The position numbers and the translations under genes were made by a program. A stretch of 55,513 nucleotides of DNA, filler included, from Sluysia triapertura (lineage: Eukaryota), in the NCBI GenBank assembly GCA_046118255.1. It is 4 parts of 4 records of this genome, joined end to end, with 100 filler letters (N's around TTAATTAATTAA, not from the genome) between each part and the next. Parts side by side here need not be neighbours in the genome. Positions count along the whole stretch, not along the records: positions 1 to 13,006 come from JBJNIA010065628.1; 3 more parts are not named here. One strand, given 5' to 3'. Below are positions 1 through 11,949 of the stretch, piece by piece. Position 1 is the first letter of the stretch, and every line of letters starts with the position of its first letter. A model generated the notes under the pieces. That model was not told where the DNA came from. It saw only the letters and a program-made list of their open reading frames with translations, and made no database searches.

Positions 1-2699
1 AAATCATTTTGTCTTCGATACAATATATATACATAGAGAATCATCAAGTAATAAATTTATCAGAATTTTGCATGTAAAAATTTGGTTATTAGCTTTTATT
101 GTTGTTACACATGAACTTTTATTTATAAGTTTGGTATTTTTAAGTGTTACATAAAATCTATATACAATTATCATTAAATATTTTAAATCATTTTCAACAT
201 CCAAAAAAATTTCATTGAAACTTTAATATTGTAAAATGTTATCTTATCTTAGTGATATTATTAAAGTGGTTAATTTTACATTTAATTAATTTTATTGATT
301 TTCATTTATTAATTATTTGGATATAAAAAAACTTTAATTATCAGCGCTTCTTTCAAAAGCCATTTTAAAATAAGGGATAGTATATAAATTACCCAGTTAT
401 AATGAGGTAAAATAAGATAGAATATTTACTTTCATGTGTTATTTTAAATAAACCCTTAGAATCTATTTTCAAATCATACTTTAAATAACGACAAAAATCT
501 TAACAGGCTCTATTGCAATAATTATAGAAAGAGTTTAATTGATAATTTCTTGTTGACATATTCGCGTTAATACCCTATTAATTTAAAGTAAGTAAGAGAC
601 CTCCATAAACTTCGATATTTCATTCTTTTAATAAAAAATCCAGGGGACAAGTCCTTGAATACGGTCGAATTCACGAATTTATGATCGTAGGTTGTTCAAA
701 TTAAATAAAACTACACATATTCTTGACTTTGCAGTCATTAAATTCTAATTATTAAAGAAATTCGTGAAAATGAAAACAAACACATCGTTTATGTATGATA
801 TTTTTTAATTTTTCACATTATTTCTCACAATAAATATCATTCTCGATGGTTTCTAAGTGAATTGGAAAACCAAAATCAAGCAAAATACTTTGTGTTCGAT
901 CTTGTATTGATATTTTAATTATAAGAAATATTTAATTGAAAAAGCAGCATCATTTTTACTAAAAGTAGACTCCGATTATAATTCTGACATCCAATATTAA
1001 TTTATAACTCTATGTTTTTAAACCAATGTAAGTTATAGAAACATTATGTTCATTTTCTTCGAAATTAATTTATTGTTGCAATTAATTTTCCGTTTTTATG
1101 AACATTATAATAAATTATAATAAATTTAATAAATTTATTTTGTAAAATGGTACACTATTTAAAAAATGGAGATAAAACTATAGTATGACATAATGTCTTT
1201 ATCATTATTTTGATTATTTGAATAACTATTAGTCTTAATGCTTGATTGATTATTAATTATAATTTTTCACGTTTATATCTGAAATTAAGTACAATAAAAT
1301 CTATATTGTTAGGTTTCAATGAATGAAGTGATATTTTATTTAATTGATATTTACACTTTTTAACAATACAATTAATATTTTCTTCCATGTTCATATTTGA
1401 ATCCATGTAACAGCCTACAATTATTTATTTTGGTATTGTAGCTATTTTTATTCCTAAAGATTATATATTTTGACTTTTATTTATTGCTTTTCAAATAATT
1501 ATTTCCAAGCCATATTTATCTAGTTCTACTGTTCTTTGAATAGTATTTTCTATGATCTTCATTATTAATACATTATTAATAAAGTAGGCCATATCTAGAA
1601 GAAATATATTTCAGTTGGTAGCACATTATTTAGTTGCAATTTTATTTAAATTTTATAACTAAATAATGATAATAATTATAATAATGTTTTATCTATTAGC
1701 ATACAGTTCCTCAAGCTGCACACGGACATTATTGAAAATATGCAACGAGAAAATTGCCAGAATAAAGTCGCATTTTTAGTATATATTTTCTTTGTGCTGC
1801 TGATGTGCAGGCCTAAAGAGCCATTTAGAATAATGATAGTGTTAGATGTATTTTATGAGACGGTTTTTTCTCATTTGTTAAAGCTGTGTCTCCGCAGATT
1901 CCATTACTAAATGTATTCAGATTGGAGTTCTTTCCTTCACTGCCTTAGAATTACTTAGATTTATTTACACAAAGTTTGAATAATTGAACTAATAAAACAA
2001 TTGCTTCAAAATATATTACCAAAGTGTACCACACGTAATTTTGAATTTAATATTTACTCTTTATTTGAAATAAAACTTTTTATTCGACTTTAATATTATT
2101 TAAATCTTTTAAATATTATTCTATTAACAAAATTTATGAAACTTATTGTTAAACGTGTCACTTTCAGATCGACGTTTTCTTACACACTGCAAATTTGAAT
2201 TAATCGAAATATCTTATTTAAATTATCAAATGACTCATTTTTTGCGTCATCTATTTATACTTCTTTTATCATATATATTATTATTACTACCTTATAATAA
2301 TTGAACAAAATAATAGCGATTTTATGAGTAATTGAATGAATTATTATAATTTTGATTAGTTTATTGCAATAATTGTTATTGTGCCTAATGATGAAAACTA
2401 TTTCGTAAACGATGGTAAATTATTTTAACAATGTTTTGAAACAATCGCAAATTTATATAATAGAATGTTTTATAAACTTTACAATACTTTATGTATAAGA
2501 TAGAATTACAAAAGAATATAAAATTTCATTAAATTTTATTATTCATTACTTATACAGTAATATTATCACTATGTACTACATACACAATATTACTACTGCT
2601 AATTACTTTACTACTATGTTTTATTATGACTCTTATTTTACTATTCAGTTACTGCATTACTACTACAATAGTATAATTGACTATAATAAAATAAAATTA

Positions 2700-3177
2700 T
2701 CAGACGGGGCCTTAGGATCATGGGATCCTGAGAGAAATCACTGGTAAAGGAGTGTACGAAACTAGCCCTGGAATTCTCCAACAACGCCTCAGAGACCATG
2801 TAGTACAAGGTCACCGGCTTTAATTTAATATTTAAAAATTGATGATGCCATAATTCCATTGTGGAGGTCAAATATACTATAAGATAGTATTCTTGCCTAT
2901 TGATTAAAAAAATTAAAAACAAATTAGCCTGACATAAATTCATCATAACCATAAGCCTGTAATTGACAGCTGTAGGGAAGTGGAAAAGCACTAAAGCGGA
3001 AAAGACTGTAGTGAAGCTTTGTAAGTTTACAGCGAAGGCCGAAAGACTATGGTGACTATAAGACATAGTGAAGATAAAAGTCTATAGACGCATCCCTTGC
3101 GTATCTTATAGTGAAGATGAAGAAAGAAACCTTTCTTCTCTGAAGAGGGAAGAGTTAATAATACTATTGTTAATACA
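2700..3177 (-). mobile_element. LTR retrotransposon remnant: 5' LTR (2799-3177) plus PBS-like site and short internal fragment
   Basis: On the minus strand the block starts TGTA (3177) and ends TACA (2799). It has ATTAAA signals near its 3' end and is followed immediately by TGGTCTCTGAGG, a TGG-initiated primer-binding-site pattern. It is GC-richer than its flanks. Confidence 0.55.
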
Positions 3178-3189
3178 TGTTTATCTTAC

Positions 3190-3277
3190 TGTGAGGTAAG
3201 AAGAGGGTCAAGGTTCGAATCCCGATCTAATAGTACAATTAGAAGTCTTCTAATGAAGTCTAATAGTACAATTAGAA
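3190..3277 (+). mobile_element. tRNA-derived SINE fragment
   Basis: Pol III B-box GGTTCGAATCCC at about 3212-3223. The downstream TGAAGTCTA is shared with the tail of the element at 10493-10565. A 19-bp duplication TCTAATAGTACAATTAGAA occurs at 3226-3244 and 3259-3277. Confidence 0.45.
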
Positions 3278-3312
3278 AATATTTCAAATTTGAATTTAAC
3301 TATTAATTTCAG

Positions 3313-3463
3313 CTGACGTCATGAATGATATGGGGGCTGAACAAATATTTGCCGTTGATGTCGGAAGTAATGATGAAACCGATTTATCAAACTATGGCGA
3401 TTGGTTATCACGTGGTAAATTGTTTTATCATCGATACATTGCTATGAAACCTTTGAAGGTTAC

Positions 3464-3524
<61 letters not shown>

Positions 3525-4085
3525 ATCAATACAAAAGTAATATTGAATTAAACTAGCAAACTATTCTTGTCAAATGTTACAAACGAACCAAAAATACCGA
3601 TAAGAAATTTTCTAAATAGATTTGTTATTAGAAATTGTGCCGGGAATTTAAGAATTATTTACTTTGTTAAATTTTCTTATTTACTTTAGCTTTAAATTGT
3701 ACAAAACTACTCTTTATTATCAAAAGTCTTACAAAACCAATAATTTTCGTTAAAATTCATATCTGGGTCTTAATTTGGTTAAATGGACTATTTTTCTCCG
3801 ATTTGTTCTTTAATATAAAATTTTTGTTGAAATTTAAAAGTAAAATCTATTAATTTAATTGATTGACTTTGTCAACCAATTGTAGGTATTAAATTTAACG
3901 GAAATCCAATCACGTTTGGCTTTTGTATCATGTGTACGTCAATTGGAAGAATTAAAAGAATCGAATATTTGTGAATATATGCGTCCACCTATCGAATCAT
4001 ATAAAACTTTGCAATTTGGATCATTTGATGAAATCATGGTTTGTTTGTTGTTATTATAATTATAATAATAATAATAATAATAATA

Positions 4086-4124
<39 letters not shown>

Positions 4125-7100
4125 GTTATTTTATTTTTCATTCAACGAACATTTCATAATAAAAAAAATTACCTAGTGATAAAAGTGAGTAGGTAAATTA
4201 TAATATAAAATTGAATTGACATTCTCCATAACAAGCTGCATGTTTATGGTATCAAGAATTGATTAGGATTCTTCAATGTTTATTTCACAAAATGTATAAT
4301 AATAATGATTATAATTTTAATCATAATCATAATAATATTATTATTATTAAAGGAAGTCGGTTATAATTATACTAAAGAAAAAATATCACAATGGCAAGCA
4401 GAAAACAGTTTAAAACACTTTTCACGAAATCAATTACAATGGACGTCAAAGGCCAAAGGTGAAATGTTTGATCTGCCAGTGTCTTTCAAGAAGAAGAAAA
4501 ATGAGCATGAAATAGTTATTTGTTTTTATTTAAAACTTCTTAATTTAATGTTTATTGATATTATCATTATTATTTCACTATTACTAATTTTGAAATTTAT
4601 TGTAGGTAAACAAGATCAAACGAAATTTCATTGATTTAGCAGAAATCGTATCAATAATGGGCACAAACAAAGAGAAGAGTTATTATGATTCAGGTTAGTA
4701 TAATAACGGTAATGATAATGATAATAATAATATATTTAATGAATTTTCCATTATTGTAATATCAGCTGAAATACAAAATTTAACAAATAATATTCAATAA
4801 TAATACGTTCCTAAAGTAAATATTTTACAGCTGTTTAAAATTACTGTGTGGGAATAACTGTTTGGCCTGCAGTTTTCAGTGTATGTTGCTTTGTAAATAA
4901 TATGTAATGTAATTAACTATTTCACAGTCAATAAAAACTCTAATGTATAAAAAATACAACTTTCTCACATATTGAATACCTGTCAATACGCTACGACGTG
5001 TATAGAATACGGAGAAACTTTAGATTTAATGCTTTACTTAGATGTCTTGGTATTGGAACGTGAATAAAATTCAGTAATTTAGATTGCCTTTACGAATAAT
5101 AGAAATGCATTTTCTCTCAATAACTATTTCCGTCTTCTTTGAAACTCTGTTAAATATAAATATAAGGTCTGGAGACAAGAGGAAAAATATCACAGACTTC
5201 GACCCACCATCAGCCATTTTGTGTTCTGAAGTGCTTATAATTCTCTAAGTCACTGTTCTGAATTTCAGAGCTCGTTATCCAATCAGAATGCAAGTTTTAT
5301 CCCAAATCAGATTTTAGTAATCGTTACTAAATGTTCAGTCTGAATGTTCGGTCAATTTAAGTAAGACAGTAATTTACTGATGCCATTTTAGTTATGTCAA
5401 ATGGAATAAATAAAACATGTAATTTTTCAGGAGTCACCAAATAAATTTATTTGGTAAACGGATTCGAAAATTTAGAATATTCGTCCTCATAACTGCCACT
5501 TTTGGGGAATTGGAAAAATGTGGCGATTAAGAAGAGTTTTTTTAATAAGAAAAATAATAAAGAAAAATGAAATGAACATTTTATTTTGTTGTCATCCAAT
5601 TGTTTTATTCTTCTTCAAGATTTCTGAGACTTGATTCAATAGCAGAATAACAGTCCTTTCTAGAAACACTTACAACTTCATGAAGGTCATTATTTGATTA
5701 TTCTTTTTCATCATCATCTAACTTGTAAAACCTTTCTTTAAAATTTTTTACTTTCAAATTCAAATTCTTCTAAAATTACATCATCTGCAGTAAAATTGAA
5801 ATTCATAAATTCATATTCACCAAGAGGATCAAGTATCCCTGCTTCAGAAACAAGTTCATTAAAATTATCAACAAATTCTATTGGTAAATTCACCACTTTC
5901 CTTATTGGTCCAGTTAGTATGACTTTAACAATTCAAAATTGTTGAAAAATAATTGCGTCATTTAGAGTTAATTTTTATAAGCCTCAAATGTAGATTCTCC
6001 GCATTCTATTTTTTTCAATTATGTCATTTAATTTCTTACTATTGGATTGATGCATAAATTCGTGCGGTTTTTTACAATTATGAAAAATGCATACACTGAT
6101 CAAGAATAAAAATTCCATGCAAAAAATATCAGATAACAAAATGATTTTATTAAATCATTAGAAAAAAGAAATATCTCCGCCACAATCGATCACTTCTTTC
6201 CACCGTTCTGGCAGTTTATCAATCCCACGTTTGAAGAAGCTTGGTGATTTTTGGTTGGAAAATTCTTCATTTAACGTTGTTCGACATGGAGCGGAAATAG
6301 AAAAAGAGTAGATACCTGACACTTCATTTTAATGAGGGTAATGAAAGTTAAAGTTAGTCTAAAATGAATACAACCCAAATCAGCTAAAACAAGAAGTTGG
6401 TGTGTTTTGTTTGCAACAAATAAAACCGCACGAATTTATGTATCTACCTAATAGTAAAAATTCCTTTAAAACATTTAACAAAGTCTTGGTCAAGTGGCTG
6501 TAATGAATTGGGGGGATAAAAAATCGATAAATTTCAAGTTTACTTGTATTTTATGAGCTATGCAATTATCTCAATGCATGAATCAAGTTCTTACTGATAT
6601 TTTTCGTCTGTTTATTTTTGTGACAATGCGCACAAGACACAAAACCTTTTAGATGAACAAATACACAAAATTATGTCTGATATTATAACTGAATTTGATG
6701 TATTTAAGTATTAAATCTTTGTAAAATTTATTATTTCCTTTATACATATTTCATTTAATTGATGATACATATATCATAATTCATCATATATCAATAATTA
6801 TAAATCATGTATAATAAATCTATTTTTGTGTGAAATAATATAAGCATAATGCCAAACATTTCAAATGCAGTGATTATTATGATGACCAAAGCTATTCTCA
6901 ATACTTTTTGCGCTACAAATATTCAAATTTTTGGTACTATAATATTAAAATTGTTTGATGACGTAATAAATGACTAACGTCTCCAATTTAAGCCCGGATC
7001 AGAGTAAGTGATGTAACTGGTAATAGAACTTAATATTACAAAAAGGAAATAAAATTACGGATTATACTTTTAATTTTTAATTTCCAGATGAAGAAAGTGA

Positions 7101-9682
7101 AGATGAATTTTGGGCTAAAATTAAGATGGATGATGATGATGAATCAGCTATTGAGATTTTGGTACGGGGTTCTGCATTATGTACTCCAATTATACAGCAT
7201 CAGATTGTCCCTAAAAAACAGCAACAACAACAACAACAAGATGTAACTAGAGAAACTAATGATCAATCAGTTACATCAAGTTCTGTGAAAAAACTACTTG
7301 CCGAAGATATCGATGTAACTGATTCCAGTTTCACTAACAAATCCAATGTAAAACTTGACGAGCATTTAGAAAATGAACAACAGCAGCAGTATCAACAACA
7401 ACAACAACACAACATTAAAGATCCAAAATATCAATTTACACCTTATTCAGTGCTTTCTTTGTCACCTTCGAAAAAGTACCTTAAAAAAGCTTTTTTTAAA
7501 TCAGAAAGTATAAAAGAAGTGGACGATTCAGATATTCAGAAAACATGTCATTTTACTGAATCCCTTCAAGGTAGTCATGATCATTCAACAAAGAATATTA
7601 CATTCAAAAGATTTACAGGTTAATTTATATTATTTTGTAATGAAAAACATAATTATTTTACTGTAGTTTAATTTGTAAGTAACAAATGTGACAGATAAAA
7701 TAAATGCAGCGGAAAAATTTTTATGAAGATTACAAAGGGTGATTGAAAAGTAACTCCCTATTTTATAATACCCTAATTTAATTCAAATGCCCTAATATGT
7801 TTCTATACTTTCGTTTTCTTTTTCTATCTGTTTTAATTAATTTGTTTGAAATTTCAAAACCATACAAAAACTGTATTCCATATGGGAGGGTTTGTGAGCT
7901 GTCACAACTACCTAAATGCAGAATCTACCTAAAATAACGGTATGGTGTGGAATGACTTCGGATAGAATTGTGGGTCTCTTTATCCTTCGTGATACTATGA
8001 ATGACGAAAGGTACCTCACTATGTTGAGAGATTAAGTTTGGCCAATTATAAAGATTTGATTTTCTTGCAAGATGGAGCTCCTCCACACGTTGCTAACATT
8101 GTTAGTGAATAGCTGAGTGATAAATTTCCTCGAAGATGGATGGACAGTGGTGGTTCGTACAAATGGCCAGCCATAACTACTGACTTAACACCATGCGACT
8201 TTTTTCTCTGGGATTGGTCGAAAGAACAAGTGTACTCAACTACTTGGAAGAACTTGAAGGGTGAATACGGCTTTCATCTCGCAATAGTTTCTTGTGAAAT
8301 CAATTGATGCGATTCCTGGTCGACTTGAGAAACTGGTGGCGAATGATGGTGTCTATATTGAATTTTAAATAAAGTCCATGCAATATTTATTAAACGTATA
8401 AATTACATTTAAATTATAAACTACAATTACTTAGGATTTAATTAGCAAGAAACGATTGGAACAATTAAACCCTAATGCTGACTAAGTTTATTCAGTTGTT
8501 TCTTTGTGTCTTATCATCTCTGAAAATTGAAAAATCACATAATGTCATTGTGAAAGTTTTATCTATTAAGTTTAACATTGTCAAGGAGCGATTTTCTTTC
8601 AGTGATATTTGTTTATCAACTGTTTTAATAGAAAATTTATTTCTTCGGTTGAGGGCACGAAAATTAATAATTTTTAACTGTTTTCATATCTGACATTATT
8701 ATGATACATTATTATCATTGCATGTACCAGTCGTATCCAATAGATCCGAGTGTTTGTTTATTAATAATGCAATTCATTTTTTCCACAAACATTATTTTAA
8801 ACCCTTGCGCAGAAACACGAGTCTGACTTGAATAACTTAAATTCGCTTTATGAAACAATGTCTTGTTGCATTATATGTTCTAAAAGTATGCGCACACTAA
8901 ACGACTATTAATTTATTTTTATTTTTTCACTTTAATATTTAATAAATAAAATTGTTGTTTTGCTGTTACGAAAAGTTTCTTTTAAATAATTATTTCCGGT
9001 ACATAATTTATTTAAATAAATAAAACTACAAGAAGTAAAGGTAGATTTATTTATTTCGTTTTAGCACGTCCACGGGCAGAGACGGCTATTTATGCTGTAA
9101 CCGTTAATATTTTATTTTAAATAGCCGTCGTCTGTTTGTCTTAATTCTTCATATTTACATGAATCATATTAATCAATCAAAAAATCAATGTGTCACATCA
9201 CGAACCCAACATTTTTGTGTCCTTGAACATGTTATTTTAATTGCCACAAGTTTAGTGAAGTACCATTTTTATTATGAATTTATCCTTATTTTGGATTTGA
9301 AAACTACCTTGCCAATAGTTCTTTTATAATTATTTAATTAATTTAATTATTTAATTAATTATATAATTATTTTATTTAAAGTATGTAAAATTTTTTAGAT
9401 GCCATTCAAAATGTTGCAAGCGATACAGGTAACATTGTCAGAAACTCAAATGACATTGAAGCTCCACTAAAAGCAACTAATTCCTGTTCTTCCGTTGCTA
9501 CGATAGATAAAGACGTCACTGGTTACGACGAAGACTTTGAAGATATTGATGATGATATATATGATGTCGGTGAGCAGATATTCGAACCGGCTTCAGATCC
9601 GGAAAGTTTCAACAGAGTTCTTTATCAACACACGGTCCACAAACGTAAGCATCGTCGTCGTTCACTAAACAGAGTTAGATAA
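3313..9682 (+). CDS. PNPLA6: Neuropathy target esterase / patatin-like phospholipase PNPLA6/7 (sws), 3' part (5'-partial)
   Basis: Phase-consistent exons 3313-3458, 3886-4038, 4353-4514 (donor uncertain), 4606-4693, 7088-7618, 9399-9682. Translations [69 protein letters not shown] and FIDLAEIVS match the C-terminal region of NTE/PNPLA6/7. Paralogs 6 and 7 cannot be distinguished. Confidence 0.93.
3465..3523. repeat. (TAT)n microsatellite in PNPLA intron
   Basis: Pure TAT run directly after the donor site; it explains the poly-Tyr tail of ORF 3321-3524. Confidence 0.95.
4051..4123. repeat. Abutting (AAT)n/(TAT)n microsatellites
   Basis: An AAT run is followed directly by its reverse-complement TAT run. 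Confidence 0.9.
5480..6600 (-). mobile_element. pogo/Tigger (DDE_1) transposase pseudogene, interrupted by a mariner insertion
   Basis: Minus-strand motifs DNCIAH and [20 protein letters not shown] resemble pogo DNCSAH and LQPLDQGIIKCFK. The frame continues ([11 protein letters not shown]) once 6040-6453 is removed. Boundaries are approximate. Confidence 0.75.
6040..6453 (-). mobile_element. Non-autonomous mariner (internal deletion derivative)
   Basis: About 32-bp terminal inverted repeats (TATTGGATTGATGCATAAATTCGTGCGGTTTT / AAAACCGCACGAATTTATGTATCTACCTAATA) with TA at both ends. Internal mariner C-terminus [18 protein letters not shown]. Confidence 0.9.
7921..8368 (+). mobile_element. rosa/DD41D Tc1-mariner transposase pseudogene
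   Basis: [24 protein letters not shown] and [17 protein letters not shown], with 41 codons between the 2nd and 3rd catalytic Asp. Contains stops and frameshifts. Confidence 0.88.
9061..9235. mobile_element. piggyBac-like MITE
   Basis: Degenerate termini TTAGCACGTCCACGGGCAG / GTGTCCTTGAACATGTTAT resemble TTAA-CACGTTC ends. Internal perfect 12-bp inverted repeat GACGGCTATTTA (9081-9092) / TAAATAGCCGTC (9118-9129). Confidence 0.45.
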
Positions 9683-10492
9683 TAAGTTGAATTTTAATAT
9701 TGAATTAACTTGACATTGTTTTTTTAAAGTCATTTAAGATTATTATTATTATCATTATCATTATCCTCCGACTTCGTAAATGGCGAAATTAAGAAATCTA
9801 GTAGTAACAAAAGCATCATGAGTTGCTTTAAAACATTAATTATAAATACTCCAAGTTGCTGTAAATTAGATTAGAACAAATATTTCACTGTAAAACTTCT
9901 TTTATTTCTCCAAACCCCTTTTTTAAAAATAAACATTCTCCTTTTCTTGTTTCCCCAACCCTACTTAAGAAAAATTTTAGAGAGCTCCTCGGTGCTTGGA
10001 AAGCACCCAAAAAAATGAAGTTGTTCCTGCAGATGTAACACGGAATTCTCGATGACTAAAAAAATAATTGATACTTGGTTTAATTTTTTATTGAAGAAGG
10101 AAAATAACTTTTTAAAAAAACTTCTAGCATTTACCCACTATCAAAAAATGATTAGGAAGTTTTTGTAGTAGTTTCACGGTATATTTAATTAAAGAATTAA
10201 GTGTTATGTCTCAAAAATATGGAGCATTTGAGGTACTGAAAGTAAATGAAGAAACCTGTTTAGTGTTAAATTATGTTGCAAAGAACTACACCTTTTCTAA
10301 TTGATTAAATAAAAGAATAATTGTATTTTATGAGGTCTAACGTTATTATTACAATTTTATTGCTAACTGACACCTGAATATTTCCTTAAAAAACCTATTA
10401 ATGGTTACGTCAGACACAAATATAAACAACATAGTTTCTCCCTAGGTAGAAATGGATAATATGACAATGTGTGTGTGTTAGACTTCACAAAA

Positions 10493-10565
10493 TAGACTGA
10501 CCGGGGGTCGAACTCGGGACCTCTCGCTGTGCAGTTCGATGCTCTAGCCACTGAGTTATGAGTCC
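10493..10565 (-). pseudogene. tRNA-Cys(GCA)-like pseudogene / SINE head
   Basis: GGACTCA TA ACTCAGTGGCTAGAGC A TCGAA CTGCACA GCGAG AGGTC CCGAG TTCGACC CCCGG TCAGTCT A. Cloverleaf spacing with A and B boxes and a GCA anticodon, but mismatched stems. Followed by a non-tRNA tail with a CA repeat. Confidence 0.75.
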
Positions 10566-10762
10566 CGTCTAACAATTTTAGATTATTATATTCAATAATA
10601 CTAAATAGCACTTTAGGCCTGTTTACCCCAACAAATTATTGTGGAAGAGTATTATAAAATGACTTGAAAGCGAAGGGAATACTTGCAGATGGCAAGAAAT
10701 TGATTAAATTAGCATTAAAAAAGGTAGTGACATAATTATTTCTAATATTTATTTATTTGCAG

Positions 10763-10807
10763 TTACATAAATACAAAATATACGACCATGATGAAGATAC
10801 TTCGTAA
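10763..10807 (+). CDS. Candidate alternative/terminal coding exon of PNPLA6/7 (LHKYKIYDHDEDTS*)
   Basis: Good acceptor (TTTATTTGCAG), phase 0 compatible with a donor at 9673 (AGA/GTTAGA), and AATAAA signals downstream. Confidence 0.4.
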   Translation, partial: LHKYKIYDHDEDTS

Positions 10808-11949
10808 TTTAATACCGTTAGAAGATTGTAATGTCAGAAAGTGTGTTGATCGCGATAAATTTCCTGATTAGTTTATGTTTTGTAGAATTAAAAATAGACA
10901 GAGAAACCAGGCAGACCAAAAACTTCATCTACTTGGAAGTAATAGTAATAATAATAATAATAAATTCTGATGCGTTTATTTGTTTATGTATTTATATTTT
11001 GAAAATAAATAAATAATTTTTAATTTTATTATAATTGGATTTTAAATTGTTTTAATTATAAATAAAATTATTAACATTTTAATCGAGTTACATACAAAAC
11101 ACTACAAAACGGATGTGATGAGTTAATATGTCATTTAAAATATATGTGGTGTGTATAAAGTGGTGAAATATTGTTACCACGTCCTTTAAAAATACCATGT
11201 GTTAATAGTTAGAATATTGCACGAGATGTTTAATATTTCAAATAAATGAAAATATTGGTAAGTAGATAAAATCACCCAAGTCGTCCTCCGCTTGAATATG
11301 GTTTTGAGTTATACAGTATGATCATTTTTGAATATCGTGTTAGTGAAGTGGAAATGTTTTTTAAAAGTGAATTTTGATTGGTTGGAATGAGAATATTAAT
11401 TTAGAAGTATATGATAGATTTGAATGAACTGCATACTTATTAGTAGTCAACATCGATTTTAATGGTTAGTTAGTCAGGAAAGATCGCTTGTCAGTGTAAC
11501 ATTTCCTTTGATTTTATATCATTTAGTCCAAAGATCAACTATGCTTGGTTCTGTGGTTACATACAATTATACTTTATTTAAGTGTCCCAAGAAATCTCTA
11601 TCTTGCTAATTAGTATTCATTGATATCACAAATTTATTTGTAGAAGAAAAATGAATATCATTCAAATTGTATGAAGAGATCATCTTTGAATAACACCAAC
11701 CTAATCTTGTAATAATGCTGATGCTACCTGTTACTAAATATTATTAAATAATAATAGAAAATCAACAACATCATGAAACTCGTTTATTTAAGATTATATT
11801 TTGAGAATATCTTTAATTCAGTCGCATTTCTAAACTAAATTGTTGGTAAAATTAAAATTACTAATATACTAGAACTCCCAAAACTGGAAAACGTTCCGAT
11901 TTTGGGAGTGTTGGTTCCAGTTTCAGGAAGAAGTTAGTTTTAGTTAAAA

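Noticed and set aside
2641-3066. 141-aa minus-strand ORF
   Set aside because: It lies within the LTR-like block and shows no protein family signal.
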